Below, piece after piece: positions 50,101 through 59,037 of a DNA stretch of 64,000 nt. The first letter of the stretch is position 1, and every line of letters begins with the position of its first letter. The translations under genes and the position numbers were made by a program. Source of the DNA: Dulcicalothrix desertica PCC 7102 (lineage in GTDB: Bacteria > Cyanobacteriota > Cyanobacteriia > Cyanobacteriales > Nostocaceae); NCBI RefSeq assembly GCF_003991905.1, contig NZ_RSCL01000015.1:1-64000 (forward strand). Reading direction: 5' to 3'. The notes beneath the pieces are model-generated. The model did no database searches and was not told the origin of the DNA. It saw nothing but the letters and a program-made list of their open reading frames with translations.

Positions 50101-51048
50101 GTTAGCATCACCGACTAAAGCAGTGTCAATATCTGGTAGCGAAACCGCGTTTTGAGCTTCTTGTTGCGTTTGGTGTTGCAATGACTGTGACTTGTTAGCA
50201 AGCTCTGACAAAAACATATTTACAGACTGCAATTGCTGCATTAAATTGTCAATCCAATTTTTGAGCAGTTGCTCACTTTGCACACCCTCGTTTTGCATAC
50301 TCACGAGTGCTTCTGTCAAAGACGAGCGGTAATTATTTAAATTACGTTGTAAAGTCTCAAACGAAAGATTTACATTGCCATCGAACTCAACTATTTTTTG
50401 GTCTAACTCATTATAAGAGCGCGAAATACGTTCTAATAGTTCGGCTGATTGCGCTTCGATAACAGAAGGCGCCTCACTTGTTTTAATTAATGGTGGGGCA
50501 GTTGCTAATCTAGCATACATTTGCTCTGGTGTTGAGAGCGGTTGTACAGGATCAGGTAGTTGTGGTGCGGTAGTGGAAACTCTGTTTGCTAGCACCTGTA
50601 AAAATTCGGCAATCATTTGCTCTTGGTTTGCCATTTGGTTAGCCAAGGAGTAATTATGCATCCGTTGCTGTTCAAGCTGGCGAATTTCTTCAACCAGATT
50701 TTTTCGCTCTTGTTGCATGGTTTGAATTTCAACGCGCAACGGCTCAATTAACGTTCTTAAGTCGTTTATTTGAGAGTTCGTAGAATTGATCTGTTGAGAT
50801 TGAGACTCATTATCGGGTAAGTCATCGCTGCCAATGTACTTAGCTAGTAAGGGAGATAGTAACGCTGCCTGGGAGGACTGCGGTTCGGTTTCGATTGAAA
50901 CTAAAAAGTCACGCACTCGCTCTAATACCTGTCTGGGTTCTTGTCCTTGATTAGCGAGAACTCTAACCAAGCGCTTACCTTTATTATTGGCGAGCAAGTT
51001 ATCAATATCTGCAATTAGCGTTTGAATTTCGGTTGAGCGGGAAGTCAC
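47158..51048 (-). CDS. Very large Hsp70/actin-fold ATPase domain protein with N-terminal coiled coil and Ser/Thr/Pro/Glu-rich low-complexity linker
   Basis: 1296 aa (GTG start); YLGIDLGTTGISAAL phosphate-1 motif and ILTGGVATLGAV connect-2-like motif; (EEKPE)x4 encoded by a 15-bp tandem at 49100-49160. Confidence 0.5.
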   Translation of the reverse strand: MTSRSTEIQTLIADIDNLLANNKGKRLVRVLANQGQEPRQVLERVRDFLVSIETEPQSSQAALLSPLLAKYIGSDDLPDNESQSQQINSTNSQINDLRTLIEPLRVEIQTMQQERKNLVEEIRQLEQQRMHNYSLANQMANQEQMIAEFLQVLANRVSTTAPQLPDPVQPLSTPEQMYARLATAPPLIKTSEAPSVIEAQSAELLERISRSYNELDQKIVEFDGNVNLSFETLQRNLNNYRSSLTEALVSMQNEGVQSEQLLKNWIDNLMQQLQSVNMFLSELANKSQSLQHQTQQEAQNAVSLPDIDTALVGDANVTPDLDALLLELNPNVNSFSTNSNIQSLQTTKINTQSTVDEVDLLYASLFGASDTPTSYQQVSLPLSNPISVIPSPVNLEAPLTPTEPEVTPDTVDIFDTVDVAANLDSLTSSPSQDEKIISSISIESALQSPTSEETIYITSTTFITPSAAAELQETEEIVETSSAPETETTFVPDPWLDSADAGLLDLQDFQAPQETSIAGQTSNAWETFVRIDQDSTHYELTAADTITSLTDLVFEDASALIGIEIPENHINQTNNLITTLPKEALLSEASAQVDAAMPNISLDEEQIQRLDQDLRQFDGEQYINPSPQQNEEKPEEKPEEKPEEKLATPSIDNYEDIPDTVDSAWYLGIDLGTTGISAALLNRLTAEVYPLYWSTDDINTNGAKRSFRLPAEVYLPASAGLPIGSQDSTQSTQNLFSAELKPYLQIALPYRSEKQIQSNEDQDLPLDQSVAKTSHKWEPVLQLNEVATVPLVWMVRSLSKLLLTLKSDRNSTTLGLTATAMGINQESFRRIVDNISGVVCSCPSNWSEQYRFNIREALLLSKLIVHPQQVFFVEEAVASLLSELDGANSEEVKLNTRNGFRSAKSSEQSLQGNTLIMNIGASATEMGLVELPENLLELSHNDFMLHSFAYGGKGIEIDILCQLLLPPKWRQPLSEKPSSEPIASNALHWQPNIQGLEATRLSSLKWEELTLPRPGEPDIMERIRLLQRLESSRLGHALLDAATAMKLILQHQESFSFELADQRWVLQRRDLEGQVFVPFVRRLNRELNRLLVARGIPTEAINQAILTGGVATLGAVSRWLRQKLPNARIIQDLYLGENGAPTCSRVAYGLSLLPLHPQVLEVSRQQYTDYFLFTELLRVLPEHALTFGEVIALFEERGINTRNCQQRLLAFLEGELPAGLVPGNTESMWLTQASLENFDYKAAKEAELFEKQGSLTYRPNIQQINTLRRLLDAVKASTQQSLEEPYTVNFAVGVPL

Positions 51049-51150
51049 AGTAATTTACCTAAGCTATAACTGGGCGAGGGTTTGCTAATCGCTACTAGGG
51101 TACAGCATTATTTACAAAATTTCCGCTCTTATCGCCAAAATTATATTTGA

Positions 51151-51225
51151 GAAACCAGAAACTGGGTTTCTTGATTAAAATCTTTGATCAAAATGATGAT
51201 TTTGGATAGAAACCCGGTTTCTTAT
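51151..51225. repeat. GAAACCGGGTTTC-family element (copy 4)
   Basis: GAAACCAGAAACTGGGTTTCTTGATTAAAATCTTTGATCAAAATGATGATTTTGGATAGAAACCCGGTTTCTTATG. Confidence 0.6.
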
Positions 51226-51511
51226 GCTACGGGTATCATTAGTGTAATGCGTGTAAGTAGTTTGGTGATTATATTTGCAATATGTTGTTTGCTGAAAAGG
51301 CATTACACTAGACTAAGAGCTAATTAGAGTCAGAGCTTTATCTTTTTATACCCCTAGATAAAATTTGTATCGGAAAAGCAACTCGATTTCAGTTCTTTGT
51401 TATAAACTTTTCGCTTTATCTTTGAAAGCAGTTATGCTTTGATAGCGTAGGGTTAAGTTTAACTTTTTAGGTTTATTAACGCTTGTTGCTGCAATATTTA
51501 AAAATATTCTA

Positions 51512-52213
51512 ATGGAAGACCGATATAGCTTAATCAGCCCAGCCAATCCTACGATAGTCACCTCGTCACCCTTTTTTCAAGGGTTGCCACAAACTGCTAT
51601 CGATTTGGCACTTACACATCTTGTTACCCGTACCCATCCGGCAAATCAGGTTATTTTACTCGAAAATGACTGGGGAGGTTCAGTATATTTTATTGCTCAG
51701 GGTTGGGTTAAAATTCGGACTTACAATCTTGAAGGTAAGGAAGTAACGCTGAATATTTTAGGAAAAGGTGAATTATTTGGTGAAATGGCGGCACTTGATG
51801 AAGTTCCCCGTTCAACCGATGTAATTACTTTAACGGGTACTATTATAGGTAGTATGCCTTCTCAAGATTTTGTTAAGTTACTTCAAACTGAACCAATGGC
51901 AGGAGTGCGGTTGTCTCAACTAATGGCACGAAGATTACGACAAGTAAATCGGCGCCTGCGGTTGCGCGAATCGGACAGTCAGTCTAGAGTAGCAGATACA
52001 TTAATATTTCTAGCTGAGGGGCAGGGAATTAAAGGAGATTTTGGTATGGAAATACCCATCCTACCGCATCGGGAGTTAAGCAGTTTGAGTGGATTAGCGC
52101 GCGAAACTGTAACAAGAGTTTTAAATAGGTTAGAAAAGAAAGGACTAATCAAGCGTGACCAAGATTCAATATGCATTCCTGATTTGTCAGCATTAGAAAG
52201 GATGATTGTTTAA
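51512..52213 (+). CDS. Crp/Fnr family transcriptional regulator
   Basis: cNMP-binding beta-roll (GELFGEMAAL) and C-terminal HTH (RELSSLSGLARETVTRVLNRLEKKGLI); not NtcA by sequence. Confidence 0.7.
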   Translation: MEDRYSLISPANPTIVTSSPFFQGLPQTAIDLALTHLVTRTHPANQVILLENDWGGSVYFIAQGWVKIRTYNLEGKEVTLNILGKGELFGEMAALDEVPRSTDVITLTGTIIGSMPSQDFVKLLQTEPMAGVRLSQLMARRLRQVNRRLRLRESDSQSRVADTLIFLAEGQGIKGDFGMEIPILPHRELSSLSGLARETVTRVLNRLEKKGLIKRDQDSICIPDLSALERMIV

Positions 52214-52230
52214 ACTGAGCGCGAAAAATC

Positions 52231-52911
52231 ATGGTTCCAGAGAAAGAATGGGCTGAAAAAAAAGAAGTATTAACATCTCCAGAGATAAAAGTAGATGCAC
52301 CACTACGAATGGTAGAAACTGCCTTTTTAGCTAGTACAGGCAGTTTGATTTGGTTTATTAGCTTATATTTTCCGGCGTTTGCACCTGTTTTGCGGATATT
52401 TTTTCCGGTTCCAATTGCGTTAGTTTACCTGCGTCGAGGCAAACGTGCAGCTTGGATGGCAGCTGTTGTATCTGGGTTGCTGTTATCGGTACTAATGGGG
52501 CCGATTCGCAGCTTACAGTTTGTAATGCCGTTCGCGTTGATGGGAGTATTACTAGGTGTCACATGGAATCGCCGTGTTCCTTGGATTGTTTCGATTAGTC
52601 TAGGAGCGCTGTTAGGGACGATTGGTGTATTTTTTAGAATTTGGTTTATATCTATATTAACCGATGAAGATTTATGGATTTATATAATTAATCAAGTCAC
52701 TGGTATAATTGACTGGATTTTTCTAAGGATAGGTATTCTATCGACTCCAAGCCCATTTTATATTCAAATCGGCGCCCTTATATTTGTTCTATTGAATAAT
52801 TTTCTATATTTATTTTTAGTTCACATTGGAGCATGGCTATTATTAGACCGTCTTGGTAATCCTATACCTCGTCCTCCGCATTGGGTACAAGTTTTACTCG
52901 ATTATGATTAA
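52231..52911 (+). CDS. DUF2232 family membrane protein
   Basis: 226 aa, 6-7 TM helices; overlaps the next gene by 8 nt. Confidence 0.5.
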   Translation: MVPEKEWAEKKEVLTSPEIKVDAPLRMVETAFLASTGSLIWFISLYFPAFAPVLRIFFPVPIALVYLRRGKRAAWMAAVVSGLLLSVLMGPIRSLQFVMPFALMGVLLGVTWNRRVPWIVSISLGALLGTIGVFFRIWFISILTDEDLWIYIINQVTGIIDWIFLRIGILSTPSPFYIQIGALIFVLLNNFLYLFLVHIGAWLLLDRLGNPIPRPPHWVQVLLDYD

Positions 52912-54019
52912 TATCTATACTCAGATTCAATCCGGAAAAGCCTGGGTAAGTAAGCATTGCGGGTTGCCAATATTTGTTTGCGTATTAGGATTTACTGAGA
53001 CAGCGTTGATACCAGGTATATCCGCCGCTGGTCTAACTCCAGAAGACCGTATGTACACCGCTTGCGCTGATGCAGAATTTTTATATCACGGTGCCTCACA
53101 TAACCCTGAGTATCCTTTACCACCACTGACCGCAGGAGCATCACCTGTAGTTATTTCGCGTGCCGTTGTCGAAGAACTAAAGTTACCTGTTTATATTTTT
53201 AATGCTGGATTAATTAAGGCGCCGCCTTTAAGTATTAATGCAATTGATTTAAAAGGTACACATGCTCTATGTGTAAGTAGTGGTAATGCAATAAAATTAT
53301 CTGTAGTGCGTCACTTATTCCAGCAAGGATTAGAGTGGGGAGAGAAGCTAGGACGTGGAGCTTCTTTAAGTCAAGATTGTTCTAATCAAAGATATGTAAT
53401 TTTAAGCGAGTGCGTTGTTGGTGGAACGACGACAGCTTTGGCGATTTTAACAGCTTTAGGAATTAATGCTGCGGGAAAAGTGAATAGTAGTCATCCTGTT
53501 TGTAATCACACCCAAAAATTAGCGGTAGTGCAAACAGGACTACAGAGAATGGGTAAAATTTCTGATGACCCACTAGAATTAGTTGCATCGCTTGGAGACC
53601 CAATGCAAGTAGTGGTAGCTGGAATGGCGATAGCTGCGAGTCGTTTTTGTGGGGTAATGCTTGCCGGGGGTACTCAAATGCTGGCAGTGTATGCTTTATC
53701 CCGTGCTTGTGCGAATTTTTATGGCTTAGAGTGGCAACCAACCCAAATTGTAGTAGGTACTACTCGTTGGGTTGCATCCGATACTTCTGGCGCCACAATT
53801 GAATTAGCTTCTTTAATCGGCGATGTTCCGCTAATTGCTACCCAACTTAATCTTACTAACTCTCGTTACGAACAATTGCGTGTATACGAGCAAGGCTTTG
53901 TTAAAGAAGGTGTAGGTGCTGGTGCAGCTTGCATTGCTGCGTATTTATACCAAAACTGGCAACAAGAGCAGCTACTAATGGCAATAGAAAAACAAATTGA
54001 TAAATTGAAACAAAATTAA
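52904..54019 (+). CDS. CobT-like nicotinate-nucleotide-dimethylbenzimidazole phosphoribosyltransferase homolog (TIGR00303-type)
   Basis: Starts MINIYTQIQSG; ECVVGGTTTALAIL core; the track ORF from 52853 is an upstream extension. Confidence 0.45.
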   Translation: MINIYTQIQSGKAWVSKHCGLPIFVCVLGFTETALIPGISAAGLTPEDRMYTACADAEFLYHGASHNPEYPLPPLTAGASPVVISRAVVEELKLPVYIFNAGLIKAPPLSINAIDLKGTHALCVSSGNAIKLSVVRHLFQQGLEWGEKLGRGASLSQDCSNQRYVILSECVVGGTTTALAILTALGINAAGKVNSSHPVCNHTQKLAVVQTGLQRMGKISDDPLELVASLGDPMQVVVAGMAIAASRFCGVMLAGGTQMLAVYALSRACANFYGLEWQPTQIVVGTTRWVASDTSGATIELASLIGDVPLIATQLNLTNSRYEQLRVYEQGFVKEGVGAGAACIAAYLYQNWQQEQLLMAIEKQIDKLKQN

Positions 54020-54020
54020 T

Positions 54021-54049
54021 GTAGAGACCGTACATGGACGGTCTCTACA
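54021..54049. terminator. Bidirectional hairpin GTAGAGACCGT-ACATGG-ACGGTCTCTAC between convergent genes
   Basis: Perfect 11-bp arms; the same GTAGAGACCG core as the hairpin at 10250. Confidence 0.55.
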
Positions 54050-54055
54050 GGTTTA

Positions 54056-54433
54056 TTAATAATTGATTCGTTTGAGTAATAGTTGCTCTTCTAAAGCGGC
54101 AATGCGATTGTATGCTGCGGTTAGTTGTGCAGTTAACCGTTGAATTTGAATTTCGGGTGTTAAATGCCGATCTCCCCCTTGAAAATTAATGTCCGTAAAA
54201 ATTCCATCAGTTAAAACGTCTTTATGCTCTAGTTCTGAATTAGAGAGTGTATATCCTTTTAACTGGTAGCTACCAGTTTCGCTTGACTCGTGCAAACTGC
54301 CTCTAACGGTGGTTTTCTCTGTATTACACGTCGATAAAGCTTGAGAGACTTTATGCTCAAGTTGCTGAATAACCTGGTAGAGGGCATCGACTTTATGGCT
54401 TAAAGTCAAGACCTGTTTCTGCAATGGCTCCAT
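54056..54433 (-). CDS. Hypothetical coiled-coil protein
   Basis: 125 aa ORF; no recognizable domain. Confidence 0.3.
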   Translation of the reverse strand: MEPLQKQVLTLSHKVDALYQVIQQLEHKVSQALSTCNTEKTTVRGSLHESSETGSYQLKGYTLSNSELEHKDVLTDGIFTDINFQGGDRHLTPEIQIQRLTAQLTAAYNRIAALEEQLLLKRINY

Positions 54434-54901
54434 TTAATACCCTCAGCGGTATGTTTACTCTATATTATTCAATTTCAAGTCAATGTTAACTATACTTATG
54501 AATTATTTAATTATTACTACTCTTTGATTGAATACTATACAGAATTTAATTAAATAAAAATACTTCTAAAGATTTAATAAAGTCCCTGCTCAGTTAGATG
54601 TTTCGTTAAGTAAAGCCATAAAAACAAGAAATAACGATAAAAAAGAAGATATCTAACCTTTATTCGCTGTTTTAAACATAAAAATCCTAAAATGACTCCA
54701 TATTGTAGGTTGGCTTTAGGAACGCAACCCAACACCCAGAGTATTAATACTTTAGTGTAAAATCTGACCGACGATAAATTACTTACATGTATTTACGTAT
54801 TATCACTATACATGTCTTAAAGCTTTCAAATTGAATAAAGATGTTACTAATTAGAAAATTGTGGGCATCCTAAGTAAGAATGGAAAGCTGCAAAATATAC
54901 A

Positions 54902-56662
54902 ATGTTATTACTTAATAAACGAATAAATTATTATCTTTTAGCGACTTGTACATGCTTATCCTATTTAGGATTGCAATCTCAAGCAAACGGGCAAATAAGT
55001 ACAGAACCAGTTGATAAGAATGAAATTACACAAATGCCTGATTTGGCGCCGTTTCAGCTAAAGCAAGAAGCATCTGATGCAAAGCCAGTTTTAGAGTATA
55101 CAAGTCGTGCAGAACTGATACGTAGGTTACAGCGTCGGATAGCTGCATCAGATTTAGTGTCTTCACCAGCAATTGCTACAGGTACACAAGAGACATTTCC
55201 CATTAAAGACGTGCAAATTTTAGGTAGTACAGTCTTTAAAAAATCGGAGATTGCGGAAATCGTTAAACCTTATATTGGTAGACAAGCTCGTTTTGAAGAA
55301 CTGCTAGCAATTCGGAGCGCGGTTACAGACTATTACACTAAGCGTGGTTACACAACTTCAGGCGCCTTTTTACCACCGCAAGATGTTTCAAGTGGAGTTG
55401 TGAATGTTCAAGTAGTAGAAGGTGAGCTTGAAAGGGTAGAAATTCAGGGACTAAGACGGTTACGTCCTAGTTATGTGCGCGACCGAATTCGTGATAAAGC
55501 AGGCGCCCCAATTAACTTACGTCGTTTAGAAACCGCGCTTCAATTACTTCAAGTAGACCCTTTGTTTACTTCAGTACAAGCAGAACTAAAAGCTGGAAGC
55601 ACACCAGGACGAAGTATTTTAGCGCTAAATCTTAGAGAAGCACGACCAATAACAACTTCGTTTACAGTGGAAAACCGTGATTCCCCCAGCGTTGGTTCGG
55701 TTCGTGGTACTTCGTCGTTAAGCTATCAAAACTTACTAGGTTTTGGCGATAAATTTACTGCCCAAGTTGGTTATACAAGTGGCGCCAATAGTTATGACCT
55801 TGGTTACAGTTTTCCTATCAATGCACGGGATGGGTCTATAAGCTTTCGTTATGCAGACGGCAACAGTAAAATTATCGAAGAACCATTTTCACCGCTTGAT
55901 ATTCTTGGTCGTACAAAAACCTTTTCACTTGGCTACCGTCAACCAATAGTAAACACTCCAAGTAGCGAATTTACACTCGGTTTCTCAGCAGATTTACGCG
56001 AAAGTCAAACTTATTTGCTCAAAGATATTCCCTTTTCATTCTCAACAGGGCCAGAAGATGGAAACTCAAGAGTAACCGTATTACGATTTAGTCAAGATTG
56101 GATTAACCGCACACCAAACCGCGTATTAGCTGCACGCTCACAATTTAGTTTAGGAATAGGCGCATTAGGAGCAACAGTAAATGATATTGGTGTTGATGGT
56201 AGGTTTATGAGTTGGGTTGGTCAATTTCAGTGGGTACAGAATTTAGGAAGAAATTTTATTGGGGTTGCACGAGTTGCTACTCAGCTAACCCCAGACTCGC
56301 TATTGCCTTTGGAGCAATTTAGTATTGGAGGTGTTGATACAATTCGCGGTTATCGCCAAAACCAATTTGTCGCTGATAACGGTATTACAAGCTCGTTTGA
56401 ACTACGAATTCCAGTAGTAAATCAGCCTGGTGGGTTTGGTAATATTCAGGTGGCGCCGTTTGTGGATGTTGGTAAAGTCTGGAATAATAGTGGTCAATCT
56501 GTTGATACTAGTATTTTTGCCAGCACTGGTTTAGGTTTACGTTGGCAAATCGGTGGCTTCGTGACTCGTTTAGACTGGGGTATTCCTTTAACCTCTATTT
56601 CTCGACAAGGTGACTCACTCCAAGACAATGGTTTATTCTTTTCTTTGATGTATCAGCCGTAA
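54902..56662 (+). CDS. ShlB/FhaC/HecB family two-partner-secretion outer-membrane transporter (TpsB)
   Basis: 586 aa; signal peptide, POTRA region, C-terminal beta-barrel ending in an aromatic residue (MYQP); no TpsA substrate gene adjacent. Confidence 0.65.
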   Translation: MLLLNKRINYYLLATCTCLSYLGLQSQANGQISTEPVDKNEITQMPDLAPFQLKQEASDAKPVLEYTSRAELIRRLQRRIAASDLVSSPAIATGTQETFPIKDVQILGSTVFKKSEIAEIVKPYIGRQARFEELLAIRSAVTDYYTKRGYTTSGAFLPPQDVSSGVVNVQVVEGELERVEIQGLRRLRPSYVRDRIRDKAGAPINLRRLETALQLLQVDPLFTSVQAELKAGSTPGRSILALNLREARPITTSFTVENRDSPSVGSVRGTSSLSYQNLLGFGDKFTAQVGYTSGANSYDLGYSFPINARDGSISFRYADGNSKIIEEPFSPLDILGRTKTFSLGYRQPIVNTPSSEFTLGFSADLRESQTYLLKDIPFSFSTGPEDGNSRVTVLRFSQDWINRTPNRVLAARSQFSLGIGALGATVNDIGVDGRFMSWVGQFQWVQNLGRNFIGVARVATQLTPDSLLPLEQFSIGGVDTIRGYRQNQFVADNGITSSFELRIPVVNQPGGFGNIQVAPFVDVGKVWNNSGQSVDTSIFASTGLGLRWQIGGFVTRLDWGIPLTSISRQGDSLQDNGLFFSLMYQP

Positions 56663-56735
56663 ATTTATTGTGATGAGACTTTAGGCGCCTGCCTAATCGT
56701 TAAAAAGAGGTTAAGATTTAAGTCTTAGCTTGCAT

Positions 56736-56772
56736 AGCGCGTTCTCACCAGAGAGCGCGCCTTTTGTATTTG
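56736..56772 (+). terminator. Rho-independent terminator AGCGCGTTCTC-ACCA-GAGAGCGCGC + CTTTTGTATTTG
   Basis: Read directly, downstream of the TpsB gene. Confidence 0.55.
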
Positions 56773-56790
56773 TATAATTTAATAAACTCT

Positions 56791-56878
56791 CTTGTGGAAT
56801 GTCTTGTGGAATGGGCATCCTTGCCCGTTTCAAATTTAAGACGGGCAGGGATGCCCGCTCCACAAGAGTTTTTTAATA
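56791..56878. repeat. Palindromic MITE-like element (full copy 2) with 12-bp tandem TCTTGTGGAATG x2
   Basis: CTTGTGGAATGGGCATCCTTGCCCGT...ACGGGCAGGGATGCCCGCTCCACAAG. Confidence 0.7.
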
Positions 56879-56892
56879 CTTTTACAAAATAT

Positions 56893-56930
56893 CGGAACGT
56901 TGGGATTTGAACCCAAGACCTCCACTACCC
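56893..56930 (-). other. 3' fragment of a tRNA gene (T-arm TTGGGTTCAAATCCCAA + acceptor 3' strand), att-like junction
   Basis: The reverse complement reads GGAGGTCTTGGGTTCAAATCCCAACGTTCCG; no D-arm or 5' half is present upstream. Confidence 0.5.
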
Positions 56931-57060
56931 CAAGGACAATCGCTGATGACCTGCGACCAAACCCGAAGCTTTTTCTTCTTAGCTTTTTACCTTTGCCAAC
57001 CTTTCAATAAAAATACCAACGTATACCATTATCGTACCATGAGATGTCTTTTACAAGCAT

Positions 57061-57205
57061 TAGTCAATAGTTTGTTTCTAGATAATAGTCAATAGTTAAT
57101 CATGAGTAATAGTCAATAGTAGTGCCTTGATTCCCAGGTAATAGTTAAGGGTTAATTATGAGTAACAGTCAATAGTTTATTACTATATAATAGTCAAGAG
57201 TTATT
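57061..57205. repeat. Iteron-like direct repeats, five copies of about TAATAGTCAATAGTT
   Basis: TAGTCAATAGTTTG / AATAGTCAATAGTTAATC / TAATAGTCAATAGTAGTG / TAACAGTCAATAGTTTAT / TAATAGTCAAGAGTTAT. Confidence 0.7.
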
Positions 57206-57395
57206 TTTTTAGATAAAAGCAATGTTTGTGTGTAAACAAAGTCCGCGCATAAAAACCGCACATACATTGTCGCAGACAAACCCATTGATTAACTGTTAAT
57301 TATTTTTTATGGCGCAATACTCAAAAGTATCATTGTTTATACTGAAAAACTGATAGTATCGCGTATAACTATAAAGTCTTTCAGTAGAAAACTTT

Positions 57396-57881
57396 ATGAG
57401 CTTAACCCAAGATACAGAAATTAGAGGTTTGTCAATCGCTGGATGCTACGCTTTATTAATCGCTGAAGGAACCAAAACTATTGAGTTACGGGTATGGCAA
57501 GAAAAAACTTACAGAGGTTTGGTAATGCTGCACTGTAGCAGTGGTTCCGGGTATGATTTTTCGTATGAGCATTGGGAAATATCAAAGGATGAATGTCCTA
57601 AAAGTTCAATCATTGGTGTAGCTACGCTGGTTGATTGCATAAAATACGACACTGCTAAAAAATGGGATGCTGACCGAGAGAAGTTTCAATGGGATATTTC
57701 CTACAAACAAGCTTTAGAAGAATATCAAGGTAAACCAATCTACGGTCATGTTTTTGAAAATCCCTGTGTTTTTGACCCTCCAATATTAAATATTAAAGGA
57801 ACATTTCGTTATTGGGAACCAAAAACAGACCCACAGATTGAAGCGGCAGAACAAGTAAAGTTTTTGATTAGCAATATTTAA
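57396..57881 (+). CDS. ASCH (PUA-like) domain protein
   Basis: 161 aa; N-terminal KTIELRVW beta-barrel motif typical of the ASCH fold; tentative. Confidence 0.4.
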   Translation: MSLTQDTEIRGLSIAGCYALLIAEGTKTIELRVWQEKTYRGLVMLHCSSGSGYDFSYEHWEISKDECPKSSIIGVATLVDCIKYDTAKKWDADREKFQWDISYKQALEEYQGKPIYGHVFENPCVFDPPILNIKGTFRYWEPKTDPQIEAAEQVKFLISNI

Positions 57882-57884
57882 CCG

Positions 57885-58193
57885 TTAGTTTTCTCCGGGT
57901 TTTATCCTATCAATGCCTCGATGATAACCGCGATTATAACCTTGACGATAAACCTTTAAAATTTCTTCGCTACAATCTTTTGGCAAGTCCACAGAAACAT
58001 CTTCCTCGAAATGTTCACCGCAATAATCGCTACTTACATACTGCGATAATAAATCTGGGTTACTAAAGATTCTACTAGCGAAGTCACCTGGTAGATGTCG
58101 TACTTGTGCGTAAATCCATTTTTTAAAACTGTGTTCTTTTACTAGATTATTCACTATTTGTTGCAGGTTTTCCATTGTTCTTACCCTGGTCAA
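57885..58193 (-). CDS. Hypothetical protein (102 aa)
   Basis: ORF only. Confidence 0.3.
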   Translation of the reverse strand: MTRVRTMENLQQIVNNLVKEHSFKKWIYAQVRHLPGDFASRIFSNPDLLSQYVSSDYCGEHFEEDVSVDLPKDCSEEILKVYRQGYNRGYHRGIDRIKPGEN

Positions 58194-58444
58194 ATTTAAA
58201 AAACAATACCCTCGAAGAATATTATTCTACGACAAAACCAAAAAAAACATAAGCCCAGAGTTACAGTCGCAGCAAAGCTGCTTCTGGGGCATACCTGCCG
58301 CAGTCGTAGATATCCCACGAAAAAACCATGAGAATTTCTCATGGAATTTCATTGGTTTCTACGAAACTCCGCTAATTTATCACCAAATTCCACGAAGTTT
58401 CACAGACCTATCATCGATATCCCATTGGGCTTTTATCGAGGCTT

Positions 58445-58801
58445 TTAGCGATTGTTTTTGGTATAAGCCAAGATAACAGCTAAAGCTTCATCCTCGGTTT
58501 CGTAACTGGAACGCCAATCAAGGAAAAGGAGCGCTGGATGTTTCTTTTGGTGACTTCGATAGCGAGTTGGTCGTTGAATAGGCGTATGAGTTACTTCCCA
58601 GATTTGTCCTGCGTAGGGAAAAAGTTCACCGATTTGTGGCACAAAGTTAAAGCTAAGAAGGTGAACGCCAACGCACTTTTGAACAATATCCTGGGGTGTT
58701 TTATTGCGAACATCTTCGGGTAATCTGAGGACGCACCCAATCGTTATCCGCTGTTGGTTTAAAACAACCTTTTCATAAACCTTTCCTAGATTCTCAAGCA
58801 T
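58445..58801 (-). CDS. Hypothetical protein (118 aa)
   Basis: ORF only; last gene of the minus-strand array. Confidence 0.35.
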   Translation of the reverse strand: MLENLGKVYEKVVLNQQRITIGCVLRLPEDVRNKTPQDIVQKCVGVHLLSFNFVPQIGELFPYAGQIWEVTHTPIQRPTRYRSHQKKHPALLFLDWRSSYETEDEALAVILAYTKNNR

Positions 58802-58870
58802 TGATAGACTCCTTAGTTAATATTTATTAATTTAACAGAAAAGCATTTTGTAAAAGCTAAAATGCCTATT

Positions 58871-59031
58871 GCCCCGCCATCGCCCCAGTTTTTATCTATT
58901 ATTTAATATTTTTGGGGCGGAACAGTGATTTTTCTGGGGCGGAACCTTCGGGCGGACTGGGGCGGAGCCTGTAATGCTTATCGCCCCGTTGTACCCCTGT
59001 CTGTTTTTGAGTTTTCGCCCCAGGTAAAAGC
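58871..59031. promoter_or_regulatory. Cluster of 7-8 GGGGCGG (or complement CGCCCC) motifs in 160 bp of otherwise AT-rich DNA, including direct repeats TGGGGCGGAAC x2, GGGGCGGAGC, GGGCGGACTG
   Basis: Read directly; lies between two co-oriented minus-strand genes. Confidence 0.5.
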
Positions 59032-59037
59032 AAGGTC

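Noticed and set aside
52853-52903. Upstream extension of the CobT-like ORF overlapping DUF2232 by 58 bp
   Set aside because: The conserved start MINIYTQ at 52904 gives the typical 8-nt ATGA-type overlap
56893-56960. Complete minus-strand tRNA gene at the att-like site
   Set aside because: Only T-arm and acceptor 3' strand are present; upstream sequence lacks D-arm and matching 5' acceptor
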